Shown here one piece after another: positions 27,433 to 36,655 of a stretch of DNA of 64,000 nt. Below the pieces are notes generated by a model. That model searched no databases. It was given only the letters and a program-made list of their open reading frames with translations, and was not told where the DNA came from. Position numbers and translations under genes: made by a program. Positions within the stretch are counted from its first letter, which is position 1; the number at the start of each line of letters is the position of its first letter. This DNA is from Arsukibacterium sp. (lineage in GTDB: Bacteria > Pseudomonadota > Gammaproteobacteria > Enterobacterales > Alteromonadaceae). The stretch is from the NCBI RefSeq assembly GCF_018402695.1, contig NZ_JAGYIM010000017.1:56074-120073 (forward strand), read 5' to 3'.

Positions 27433-28146
27433 TGAAGAAGGGATTCACTGAGGAAACTGAAAAGCGGCATTTTTATGAAAGGGAGTGAGAAATGAAGCCG
27501 CGAACCGCACGAGCAGCACCACGAAAGTCAGACAGAGAGGAGATGAAGTGTGTTTATTTGAAATACATGAACTAAACTTATGAGTATGAAGATTTACAAC
27601 ACAACTTTACAAACTAAAAAAAGCCTTTTAATGAGATCTTATTCTGTAGTTCTCATAATGAAAACCAAAGCAGTTCATGAGACAATAAAGCGCAACGAAC
27701 TCATGAACGCAAACTAAATATCAAACTATTTCGCGAGTGAGCTGAAGAGATCAACGAGGCTGACCAAAATATTGCAGCTGACAATGAACGTTAACAATGA
27801 TCGCTGAAACAAGCGTAATTAAGCTGAAACATGAACGACAGCGCTACGCAAAAACTATAACAACAGACAAGTACGAACATACGCGCCGTGATGCGATATG
27901 TGTGAAACTAGAACATAAAGAATGAAGGTGATGAAAATTAAAAGTAAATGCGCTGTTCAAAGCGAAATAGTGAACGATTTTGCGCGAGACAGCCCAAACG
28001 ACCGAGTTTTATGATAAACACGGATCAAACAGCTGACTGATTACCAGCGAAAGCTAAACCAATGCCTTTCCAAAGACGATCGGAAGCGATATCGACCATC
28101 GGTAAGAACCAGTTGTATCGCTGCGCGTGACTGTTTTGTATTCTTA
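27433..28146 (+). other. 714-nt A-rich, low-GC tract with no ORF of 60 aa or more in any frame, occupying the place of the RNase E distal scaffold-coding region
   Basis: The six-frame track shows no ORF between 27433 and ~28040. I counted GC as 16/60 for 27601-27660 and 22/60 for 27661-27720. The tract length is an exact multiple of 3. Confidence 0.5.
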
Positions 28147-28419
28147 TTGCACGCGACAAGGCTGCGATTCTGCGAAGCAGCGCCAGCGACTAAAGCTGCG
28201 CCGGCAAAAACAGGTAGCCGCTTTGGTAACATGGTGGTAGCTGATATGGCGAAACCCGAGACCAGTAATACTGAGCCTGCAACTGCCAGCGTAACACCAG
28301 CAGCTGCAGCCAGTGCCGCAGAGCGCCCAGCAGTAAGCAGCTCAAACCGGCCTGCCGGTTCAGCGTTTGCCAGACAGGCCGCCAGTGCACCGATGACCAA
28401 ACCAGAAAAAGCGGAATAA
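28147..28419 (+). pseudogene. RNase E C-terminal remnant, in frame with rne (frame open from 28018)
   Basis: ..AAPATKAAPAK..AKPETSNTEPATASVTPAAAASAAERPA..ASAPMTKPEKAE has A/P/T/E-rich RNase E tail-like composition. It is in the same frame as 25195 (offset 2952 = 3 x 984) and is followed directly by a terminator. Confidence 0.5.
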
Positions 28420-28447
28420 AAAAGCCCCCGGTTTCGGGGGCGGTTCT
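28420..28447 (+). terminator. terminator hairpin after the rne region
   Basis: GCCCCCG-gttt-CGGGGGC hairpin. Confidence 0.55.
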
Positions 28448-28463
28448 GTAAATTTTGCTTCGT

Positions 28464-28494
28464 AAAAAAACCAGCTTAACCGCTGGTTTTTTTT
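28464..28494. terminator. bidirectional terminator between rne and the porin gene
   Basis: AAAAAAA-CCAGC-ttaacc-GCTGG-TTTTTTTT. Confidence 0.6.
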
Positions 28495-28496
28495 AT

Positions 28497-29678
28497 TTAG
28501 AAATCGTACTTGGCACTAAACTGCAAGCGGTGCATATCGCCATCCAGGCCTGATTCTACCTCACGGTTAGCAAATTTATACTCAGCGCCAACCATCAGTT
28601 TTTTATTTACCTGATACAGTAAATTTGCACTATAGCTATGGGTATTCTTATTGGCGCTCATGCCTGTTAGCGCAGTATCATTGTCGATATCAAGCACTGA
28701 GTACAATACTGTTGACCGCCATTGCGCATTCCACAAATGACGGTAAGCCACAGAATACGACGTAGCATCAATAGTTTCTAAACCGGCATCTGGTCCGCTG
28801 CCTGTAAGCACTGCACCATTGGTGGTATTCAAACCAACATAACGGCCTAATCCTTTACCGGTATTAAAGGTAAAACGCAAATCGTTCATATTGGCAAAGT
28901 TAATTTTACCACTTACCGACAAGCCGTAAGATGTCACATCATCGTCGTAATTCACCCCACTGTAATCGCCGTCAATACTTAGTTGGCGTAACAGCCCGGC
29001 TACTCTTAAAACCCCCCAGTCAGTTGTTAAACTATAACTGGCTGTAAAATCGGGCGTTGCGTTGTCATCGGTCGTTATACGCGCCCCACCACCAAACGGC
29101 GTAATAGTGCTTTCCGGATTTTCCACAGCAAAAGCAAAATTACCATGAGTGTAACGAATCTGCGCCTGACGGATAAAGACAGCTGCATCCGGGTTGCCGA
29201 CAAAATCGAGCGTATCAGGTAAGGATGCAAGATCCATAAAATTTGACCAGGTCTGGCCAAGTGTCCAGTTTTTATACTTTATGAACGCATGACGCATAAC
29301 CGGACTGTAACCATTGGTAGTCCGTTCATCGTTACCATTATTGCTGGTCATAAAATCAAATTCGATATGTCCGGTTAACTTTTCGTCGTTACCTAAATCA
29401 GTAGAAGTAGCGAAGAAGAAACGTGACTGACGGGCGTGCATATCAAAACGGCTGGTACTATCACCGCCTATTGGTGTCAGCGACGGCACATAGAAATCGC
29501 GACCTAGAGCAATCATTTCACCGTCAGAGTCGGTAGCCATAGCATCAAGCTTAATGAAACCGCCATAGGTGACGTTAGTATCACCAATACTAAAGCCTGT
29601 ATTAGCCTGGACACTGCCGGCAGATAACGCCAGCGCGATAGCCGCCGTCAGGGCGCTTAGGGTCTTTCTCTGTCTCAT
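28497..29678 (-). CDS. outer-membrane porin (beta-barrel; DcaP-like family is a guess)
   Basis: Signal peptide ..ALSAGSVQA-NTG, alternating beta-strand pattern, and C-terminal ..FSAKYDF ending in Phe. Confidence 0.75.
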   Translation of the reverse strand: MRQRKTLSALTAAIALALSAGSVQANTGFSIGDTNVTYGGFIKLDAMATDSDGEMIALGRDFYVPSLTPIGGDSTSRFDMHARQSRFFFATSTDLGNDEKLTGHIEFDFMTSNNGNDERTTNGYSPVMRHAFIKYKNWTLGQTWSNFMDLASLPDTLDFVGNPDAAVFIRQAQIRYTHGNFAFAVENPESTITPFGGGARITTDDNATPDFTASYSLTTDWGVLRVAGLLRQLSIDGDYSGVNYDDDVTSYGLSVSGKINFANMNDLRFTFNTGKGLGRYVGLNTTNGAVLTGSGPDAGLETIDATSYSVAYRHLWNAQWRSTVLYSVLDIDNDTALTGMSANKNTHSYSANLLYQVNKKLMVGAEYKFANREVESGLDGDMHRLQFSAKYDF

Positions 29679-29909
29679 CTGAAGTTCTCCATCTTTATTA
29701 TTGTAATAACATCTGGTTTGCGTTATTTGGATTTTGACGGTACAACTTTGGGTGACAGTCTGTAACTTCGCAATTAGCCTTTAGTCGCAGTTAGCGCAAT
29801 GGCTGATGCTTGGCTAGACTATGGTCTAATTTCATTTGTAGTGTCATTTCGATAGAAAGTAACCAGTTATAAATTCTTATATTAATACTGCAGATCCACA
29901 GGGGAAACT

Positions 29910-31865
29910 ATGTCACATCCAAGCTTTTATCCGGTGAGTGAGACGGCCAAAGCCAGAACACATATTACCGATGCCATTTATCAGGAAATGTATCGCCAAT
30001 CGGTTGAACAACCTGAGCAATTCTGGGCTGAACAGGGTAAGCGTCTTGATTGGATCACGCCGTACAGCAAGATTAAAGACACCAGTTTTGAATTAGGTAA
30101 AGTTAACGTTAACTGGTACAGCGATGGCCTCTTGAACGCCAGTTACAATTGTCTTGACCGTCATCTGGCAAGCCGCGCCGACCAGGTCGCTTTTTACTGG
30201 GAAGGTGATGAACCGGGTGTGCAAAAAACAGTGACCTACCAGCAGTTGTATGATCAGGTATGTGCGCTGGCCAACGGTATGAAGTCACTGGGAATTAAAA
30301 AAGGTGATCGGGTAACAATTTATCTGCCGATGATCCCGGAAGCTGCGGTTGCCCTGCTGGCCTGTGCCAGAATTGGTGCCGTGCACTCAGTGGTATTTGC
30401 CGGTTTCTCTCCCGACGCCCTTGGTAACAGAATTGTCGATTGCGATTCCAAATTGGTCATTACTTCAGATCAGGCGCTGCGTGGCAACAGAGCAACCCAT
30501 TTAAAAGACAATACTGATGCAGCTCTGGGTCACCTTGGCAGCGACAGTCCGGTCCAAAATGTTATCGTAGTAAAACACGTTGGCAAAAACATCGACTTTC
30601 ATCCAAGCCGGGATGTCTGGTACCACGAGCTGGTCGCCAGCCAGAGTAAAACCTGTGAACCAGAACCAATGAACGCCGAAGACCCGCTGTTTATTCTTTA
30701 CACTTCGGGTTCTACCGGCAAGCCAAAGGGTGTTTTGCATACTACCGGCGGTTATCTGGTTTATGCCGCAATGACCCATCAGTATGTATTTGATTATCAT
30801 GATGGTGATATTTACTGGTGTGCAGCAGACGTTGGCTGGGTTACCGGCCACAGTTATATTATTTACGGTCCGCTGGCCAATGGTGCCAGCAGCGTAATGT
30901 TTGAAGGCGTTCCAACCTACCCCAGCGTTAAACGTATTGCCCAGATAGTTGACAAGTACCAGGTGAACATTCTTTATACCGCCCCGACGGCAATACGGGC
31001 GTTAATGGCCCATGGCGACAGCCCGGTAGAGGGCGCAAACTTAAGCTCACTGAAAATACTGGGGAGTGTGGGCGAACCAATAAACCCGGAAGCCTGGAAC
31101 TGGTATTACGAGAAAATTGGCAGCAGCCAGTGCCCCATTGTGGATACCTGGTGGCAAACCGAAACCGGTGGCATTTTAATTACGCCATTACCGGGTGCCA
31201 CAGCATTAAAGCCAGGTTCTGCTACCCGGCCATTCTTCGGGGTTAAACCGGCGATTGTCGACAATGAAGGCAAGCAACTGGACGGTGTTGCTGAGGGCAA
31301 TCTGGTGATCCTTGACAGCTGGCCTGGCCAGATGCGCACCCTGTACGGTGATCACGACAGGTTCGAACAAACCTACTTCAGTACCTATGCCGGCATGTAT
31401 TTTACTGGTGATGGGGCCAGACGCGATGAAGACGGCTACTACTGGCTTACCGGCCGGGTCGACGATGTCCTGAATATCTCCGGCCACCGTTTGGGCACTG
31501 CAGAAATTGAAAGCTGTCTGGTCGCCCACGATGCCATTGCCGAAGCCGCCGTAGTCGGTTACCCGCATGATATTAAAGGCCAGGGCATTTATGTTTATGT
31601 CACACCCAGAGTTGGGGTTGAGCCCAGTGATGAGCTGACTAAAGCAATCAGAGCCTGGGTGCGGGAAGAAATATCGCCGATAGCCACCCCGGATTTGGTG
31701 CAATGGGCGCCTTCAGGCTTACCGAAAACCCGCTCTGGTAAGATTATGCGGCGCATTTTGCGTAAAATTGCGGCGAATGAACATGACCAGTTAGGTGATA
31801 TTTCTACTCTGGCAGACCCATCAGTAGTTGAAATTTTAGTGAATAACCGTTTAAATCGTAAGTAA
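29910..31865 (+). CDS. acs: acetyl-CoA synthetase
   Basis: 651 aa with [11 protein letters not shown] and ..[12 protein letters not shown].. motifs. Confidence 0.97.
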   Translation: MSHPSFYPVSETAKARTHITDAIYQEMYRQSVEQPEQFWAEQGKRLDWITPYSKIKDTSFELGKVNVNWYSDGLLNASYNCLDRHLASRADQVAFYWEGDEPGVQKTVTYQQLYDQVCALANGMKSLGIKKGDRVTIYLPMIPEAAVALLACARIGAVHSVVFAGFSPDALGNRIVDCDSKLVITSDQALRGNRATHLKDNTDAALGHLGSDSPVQNVIVVKHVGKNIDFHPSRDVWYHELVASQSKTCEPEPMNAEDPLFILYTSGSTGKPKGVLHTTGGYLVYAAMTHQYVFDYHDGDIYWCAADVGWVTGHSYIIYGPLANGASSVMFEGVPTYPSVKRIAQIVDKYQVNILYTAPTAIRALMAHGDSPVEGANLSSLKILGSVGEPINPEAWNWYYEKIGSSQCPIVDTWWQTETGGILITPLPGATALKPGSATRPFFGVKPAIVDNEGKQLDGVAEGNLVILDSWPGQMRTLYGDHDRFEQTYFSTYAGMYFTGDGARRDEDGYYWLTGRVDDVLNISGHRLGTAEIESCLVAHDAIAEAAVVGYPHDIKGQGIYVYVTPRVGVEPSDELTKAIRAWVREEISPIATPDLVQWAPSGLPKTRSGKIMRRILRKIAANEHDQLGDISTLADPSVVEILVNNRLNRK

Positions 31866-31904
31866 GGCAAAAACAGCGTAAGCTTACGTTGTTCCAGTTG
31901 CAGC

Positions 31905-31930
31905 AAAAAGGCCGCTATTGCGGCCTTTAT
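31905..31930 (+). terminator. terminator after acs
   Basis: GGCCGC-tatt-GCGGCC followed by TTTAT. Confidence 0.6.
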
Positions 31931-31966
31931 AATAATTACAATTCTGGACCTTACCGGAGGATTTAT

Positions 31967-32641
31967 ATGGCAAAGCTTATCGTTGCTGACGACCACCCGT
32001 TGTTTCGCAATGCACTGATTAACGCGATAAGCAGTACCTTTGTCACTAAGGCGACCATCGAAACCGACAGTTTCGATACCACCTGCACTGCATTGGAGCA
32101 ACACCCCGACACAGATTTACTATTGCTTGATTTACATATGCCTGGCAATTGTGGTTTTCTGGGCTTAATCCAGCTTCGTAAAAACTACCCCAGCCTGCCG
32201 ATAGTGGTGATATCGGCCAGTGAAGAACTGGACGTGATCAGACGGGTTATTGCGTTTGGTGCATCGGCCTATATTCCTAAATCAGCCAATCCGGTAGATA
32301 TCAGTACGGCACTTAATGCCGTATTGGCCGGAGAGCTCTGGGTACCAGCCAGCTTGCACAAAGCAGTGTTTCAGGAACAAAGTGCCGGCGAGGATTTAGA
32401 TTTAGCAGCCAAAGTAGCCCAACTTACCCAGCAACAGTATAAAGTTCTGTATTACTTAACCGAAGGCTGGCTGAATAAACAAATCGCCTACGACTTACAT
32501 ATTTCTGAAGCCACAGTTAAAGCACATATAACCGCTATTTTTCGTAAACTTGGCTGTACCAACCGTACCCAGGTGGTTATTCAGGCACAGCGCCTAACCT
32601 TAGAGCCGCCGGTGGACAGAGCCATGGCCCAGCAGCACTGA
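31967..32641 (+). CDS. crbR: NarL/LuxR-family response regulator (CrbR/ErdR-like acetate-switch regulator)
   Basis: REC domain (MAKLIVADDHPLF..DLLLLDLHMPG) plus a LuxR HTH. A GGAGG SD precedes the ATG at 31967. The gene is adjacent to acs and to a CrbS-type kinase. Confidence 0.8.
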   Translation: MAKLIVADDHPLFRNALINAISSTFVTKATIETDSFDTTCTALEQHPDTDLLLLDLHMPGNCGFLGLIQLRKNYPSLPIVVISASEELDVIRRVIAFGASAYIPKSANPVDISTALNAVLAGELWVPASLHKAVFQEQSAGEDLDLAAKVAQLTQQQYKVLYYLTEGWLNKQIAYDLHISEATVKAHITAIFRKLGCTNRTQVVIQAQRLTLEPPVDRAMAQQH

Positions 32642-32664
32642 GTCAGCCGTTGACTATGGCTGCA

Positions 32665-35600
32665 TTAGTCAGTGCCGGGCATCTGTTTACTGCGCTTAAG
32701 CATTTTAAAGTGGTTCAGGCTGGCTCTGAGCGCGCCTGGCTTAATTGGTTTGGCCAGATACATCAGGCCTGCGGCCTTAGCCTGCGCCGCTAAATCTGCC
32801 TGAGGTGAAGCCGAAACCAGAATTCCGCCGACATCACCCCACAAGGGTTTAATTTGCTGATATAAGTCCAGGCCATTGGCATGCTGGCCCAACTGATAGT
32901 CTATTAACATAACGTCGGGTGCCGCCGCAGTGCGGGCGTAATCCAGCAGTTCCTGCTCATCATAAAAACAACTGACTTCTGCAATTTGCCACTGCTCCAG
33001 CAATACCTTTAACGCGGCCAGGTTTGCTGCATCATCATCGATACACACCACCGTTAAGCCAGGCAAAGGCCGTTGTTGCGCCTGCTGCCCAGGCAACGGC
33101 AGCACAGCACGCTGTCGCTGTTGTGCCAGCGGCAGGCTGATGCTGAATAATGTGCCCTTACCGGGCCAGGAGCGGACAGTTAACGGATGGTCCAGCAGTT
33201 TTGCCATCCGGTGCACTACCCCCAAACCCAGACCTACCCCCTGCTGACCTTTAGCTGTGGCATCTATCCGGTAAAAATCTTCAAAAATCCGTTCTAAATC
33301 ATAGGGAGAAATGCCGGGCCCGGTATCCCACACCTGAACAATAACCCGGTCTTTCCGCTTACGGCAACCGAGTAAAATTCGCCCTTTTACCGTATATTTA
33401 ATCGCGTTTGATAACAGATTCTGCAAAATGCGCCGCAGATAAGTGGAGTCTGTCAGGACATTATACTTTGCCATTCGTACGTTTAACGCCAGGCCTTTCT
33501 GACTGGCGACCAGACTGTACTCGTCTGCCAGCTGCGACAACAACTCTTGCAGCGCTACGGGTCGCACATCGGGTTGCAACTTACCATCATCCAGTTTGGC
33601 AATTTCCAGCAAGGTTGAAATCAGCTCTTCTGAGGCTTTTAACGAGTTATCCAGTTGACTGAGGATCGCTTTTTGCTGCTGCTTTTCCTGAGCGCCACTC
33701 AGGGCAGCGGTAAATAACCTGGCAGCATTTAATGGCTGCAGAATATCGTGACTGGCCAGTGCCAGAAACCGGGTTTTGGAGGCATTAGCCGCTTCCGCTT
33801 CTGCTTTTGCCTGTAAAAGTTGCTGCTCAGTTGCACGTCGCCGCCCTACTTCGGCCAGCAGTTCGTGGTTTATATCTGAAATAGTTTGCGTTCGTTCCTG
33901 TACCCGCTCTTCCAGATGTTGCTTCGCCTCTGCCAGGGCCTGTACTGCTTTTACATGCTCTGAAATATCAGTAAAGCTGGTAACAAAACCACCACCCGGA
34001 ATGGGGTTCCCGCGCATTTCAATGACCCGGCCATCAGGGCGTACCCGTTGAAACACATGGGCAGTGCCTTTTTGCATATGGGCAATGCGCTTTTCTACAT
34101 GCTCATCCGGATCGCCAGGGCCACAAAGCCCGCGCTCTGCATTTAGTCTGACAATATCAGCAACCGGCCGGCCCACTCTGACCATTCCTTCAGGGTAACT
34201 GAACATTTCCAGATACGCTTTATTCCAGGCAACCAGTTTCAGCTCCCGGTCGACCACACTGACCCCCTGACTTAAATGTTCCAGGGTAGAGAACAATATT
34301 TTCCGGGAAAACTGAATAGCCTGGGTCGTATCATCAAATAAGGTGACAACATCTTCAAAACCAAGCTGCCGCCCCTCCAGCACCGCATTAACCATAGCCG
34401 AAGCGGATGACGCACCAATAACCCCGGCCAGTTCCCGCTCGACATGCTCCACCAGACCAACTGTTGGTAAGTCGTCCAGTTGCAGATTGAGTTTGTGTTT
34501 ACGACCAAACTCTGCCAGACATTCTATCGCCCGGCCGGTACCAACAAAGCGCTCCAGTAATATTTTTAAATCCGCATTGTGGATACGGATCCGCCGGGCT
34601 GGCGTGTCCTGATGGTCAATTGGCAGGTTAGGCTTAACAAAAGCCACGGCCTGTAACCGGTCCTGCAGGTTGACGCTGCTGAGCAGCGATACCACCGTAT
34701 AAGCCAGAATATTAAAACCGAGTGACAGCAGGACACCATGGCTTAAACTATCCAAAGTAATACCAAACATGCCGGTCGGTGACAGCCACTGGATCCCCAG
34801 TAACCCCTGCTGCATAATATCGCTGTTAATCACTCCGGCATTCACCAGTTGCGGCAACATTAAGGTATAAAACCAGAGCACCAGGCCTAAACTCAAACCG
34901 GCATATACGCCCCAGGCGTTGCCACGACGCCAGTACAAACCACCCAGTACCGCCGGTGCCAGTTGGATAGCTAATGCAAATGCCAGTAAACCGGTTTCTG
35001 CCAGTTCATAATTACGAGCAAAAATCTGATAGTAAAAATAGGACAAGCCCATCACCAGCAAAATCATCGCCCGGCGTACCAGCAAAATCAGTAAACTGTA
35101 ATCATGCGGCATACCTTTGCGCCGGTTAGACTGCAACAAGCTTGGCATGACAACATCGTTACTTATCATGGTGCTAAGAGCCAGGGTGGCGATAATAATC
35201 ATCGAGGTTCCGGCTGAGAAACCACCAATGAATACCAGCACACTTAAGCTGTTCCAGCCAGACTGCGCCGGGATCAGCAGGACAAAACTGTCAGCCTGGG
35301 ACAGCATGGAAGGAAACATCTGCATACCTGCGACCGCCAGCGGTACGACAACGATAGTGACCAGCAGTAAATAACCGGAAAACCAGCGTCTGGCATGACG
35401 CAGGTGGTGATGAGACACGTTTTCAACAAAGGCTACATGAAACTGGCGGGGCAACAAAAAAACAGCGGCCATTGCCAACAGGGTTTTGGTAATAAACTCA
35501 ACAATACCGGACGTGCTGTAATTGGCCTGCTGACTACTGGCATGGGCTGCAAAGGCCCGCAGCACGTTTTGGTCTTTATCCAGAATAAACACATAGACGG

Positions 35601-36231
35601 CAATGGCCAGGGTTAACAGCGCAAACAGTTTTACTACAGATTCAAAGGCTATCGCCACCATCACGCCGCGATTTTGTTCGGTTAAATGCAGCTTGCGGGT
35701 ACCAAATAAAATGGCAAAAAATGCCATGGCAATTGCACTGAGTAAGGCACTGTCCTGATACCAGTTTTCGGCGATATCGGTAAAATCACCACCGAGTAAC
35801 ACCTGATAAGAGCTGGCTACCGCTTTTAACTGTAGTGAAATGTACGGAACAACCACGATAAGGCAGATAATTGCAGAAAACATCGCAATGTTTTTGCGTT
35901 TACCATAACGGGCAGCGATAAAATCGGCTATCGAGGTAACATTTTGCTTTTTGGACACGTAAAGCAATTTAAATAAAAATGGCTGGCCAAAAATAAACAG
36001 TAAGATGGGCCCGAGATAAATGGGGATATAGTCCCAACCGCGGGTTACCGCAGTACCAACAGCGCCATAGTAGGTCCAGGAGGTACAGTAAACCGCTAAT
36101 GCCAGGCTATAAATTAATCCCCCATACTTTCGTATAAGCCGGTCATCGGCGTGGCGCTCACCCCAGTTGGCAATCCAGAATAAACCCCCGACGTAAATCA
36201 GCGCCAATAAGGCGACAGTCCATGCCGTCAC
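32665..36231 (-). CDS. crbS: hybrid sensor kinase with N-terminal sodium:solute-symporter-like domain, PAS, HisKA/HATPase and REC (CrbS/MxtR-like)
   Basis: ~13 predicted TM segments, then PAS, H-box (FLALASHDILQPL), ATPase G-boxes and a receiver domain. Start proposed at the GTG at 36231, which has an AGGAG SD. The ORF maximum (TTG) is at 36288. Confidence 0.8.
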   Translation of the reverse strand: MTAWTVALLALIYVGGLFWIANWGERHADDRLIRKYGGLIYSLALAVYCTSWTYYGAVGTAVTRGWDYIPIYLGPILLFIFGQPFLFKLLYVSKKQNVTSIADFIAARYGKRKNIAMFSAIICLIVVVPYISLQLKAVASSYQVLLGGDFTDIAENWYQDSALLSAIAMAFFAILFGTRKLHLTEQNRGVMVAIAFESVVKLFALLTLAIAVYVFILDKDQNVLRAFAAHASSQQANYSTSGIVEFITKTLLAMAAVFLLPRQFHVAFVENVSHHHLRHARRWFSGYLLLVTIVVVPLAVAGMQMFPSMLSQADSFVLLIPAQSGWNSLSVLVFIGGFSAGTSMIIIATLALSTMISNDVVMPSLLQSNRRKGMPHDYSLLILLVRRAMILLVMGLSYFYYQIFARNYELAETGLLAFALAIQLAPAVLGGLYWRRGNAWGVYAGLSLGLVLWFYTLMLPQLVNAGVINSDIMQQGLLGIQWLSPTGMFGITLDSLSHGVLLSLGFNILAYTVVSLLSSVNLQDRLQAVAFVKPNLPIDHQDTPARRIRIHNADLKILLERFVGTGRAIECLAEFGRKHKLNLQLDDLPTVGLVEHVERELAGVIGASSASAMVNAVLEGRQLGFEDVVTLFDDTTQAIQFSRKILFSTLEHLSQGVSVVDRELKLVAWNKAYLEMFSYPEGMVRVGRPVADIVRLNAERGLCGPGDPDEHVEKRIAHMQKGTAHVFQRVRPDGRVIEMRGNPIPGGGFVTSFTDISEHVKAVQALAEAKQHLEERVQERTQTISDINHELLAEVGRRRATEQQLLQAKAEAEAANASKTRFLALASHDILQPLNAARLFTAALSGAQEKQQQKAILSQLDNSLKASEELISTLLEIAKLDDGKLQPDVRPVALQELLSQLADEYSLVASQKGLALNVRMAKYNVLTDSTYLRRILQNLLSNAIKYTVKGRILLGCRKRKDRVIVQVWDTGPGISPYDLERIFEDFYRIDATAKGQQGVGLGLGVVHRMAKLLDHPLTVRSWPGKGTLFSISLPLAQQRQRAVLPLPGQQAQQRPLPGLTVVCIDDDAANLAALKVLLEQWQIAEVSCFYDEQELLDYARTAAAPDVMLIDYQLGQHANGLDLYQQIKPLWGDVGGILVSASPQADLAAQAKAAGLMYLAKPIKPGALRASLNHFKMLKRSKQMPGTD

Positions 36232-36383
36232 TACTTTCTCCTGCTGTCTGAATAACGATACTTTGAGCCGCAATAACTCTGCTGTCAATCGCTGGCCATC
36301 AGGCTTCGACTAAAGTCGGGCTGGCGCCCGGGATAACTGCTGCTAGATTAACAATGCTCGATAAAAATAACTAAAGGAGAAAT

Positions 36384-36650
36384 ATGATGGCGGACCATAC
36401 AAAGAACGCCCAGGCTTATTGGCGAGCGAACCTTCGCTTGATCATTATCAGTCTGGCGATATGGGCACTGGTGTCCTATGGCTTTGGCATTTTGCTGCGG
36501 CCCTGGCTGGCAGGCATTCCGGTAGGTGGCACAGACCTGGGTTTCTGGTTTGCGCAACAGGGTTCAATTTTAACCTTTATCGCTTTGATCTTCTTCTACG
36601 CCTGGAGAATGAACAAACTCGATAAGGAATTCGGCGTGGACGAGGAGTAA
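36384..36650 (+). CDS. DUF4212 small membrane protein (putative symporter small subunit)
   Basis: 88 aa with 2 TM segments, immediately upstream of an SSS-family permease. Confidence 0.8.
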   Translation: MMADHTKNAQAYWRANLRLIIISLAIWALVSYGFGILLRPWLAGIPVGGTDLGFWFAQQGSILTFIALIFFYAWRMNKLDKEFGVDEE

Positions 36651-36655
36651 GCAGG

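Noticed and set aside
27492-27575. A 27-codon ORF (MKPRTARAAPRKSDREEMKCVYLKYMN) with a good SD-like GGGAG 6 nt upstream, inside the A-rich tract after rne.
   Set aside because: GGAG-like strings and ATG are expected by chance in a purine-rich tract with 17 ATGA occurrences. There is no hydrophobic or otherwise recognisable character and no second line of evidence. It is worth a look only if ribosome profiling covers it.
27433-28146. Alternative readings of the rne gap: stop-codon reassignment or readthrough, an ORF-less group II or group I intron, an inversion, or a MITE.
   Set aside because: - Recoding: in-frame stops include both TGA and TAA, genes across the rest of the window end in TGA or TAA (tandem TGA-TGA for rne), and the in-frame translation is not RNase E-like.
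- Intron: I found no GUGYG 5' end at the boundary and no domain-V-like 34-nt hairpin.
- Inversion: the minus strand is also closed.
- MITE: I found no terminal inverted repeats or target duplications at 27433/28146.
28041-28400. 119-aa minus-strand ORF (Ala/Leu/Gly-rich).
   Set aside because: It is the antisense frame of the GC-rich, Ala/Pro-coding RNase E tail. This is a typical shadow ORF.
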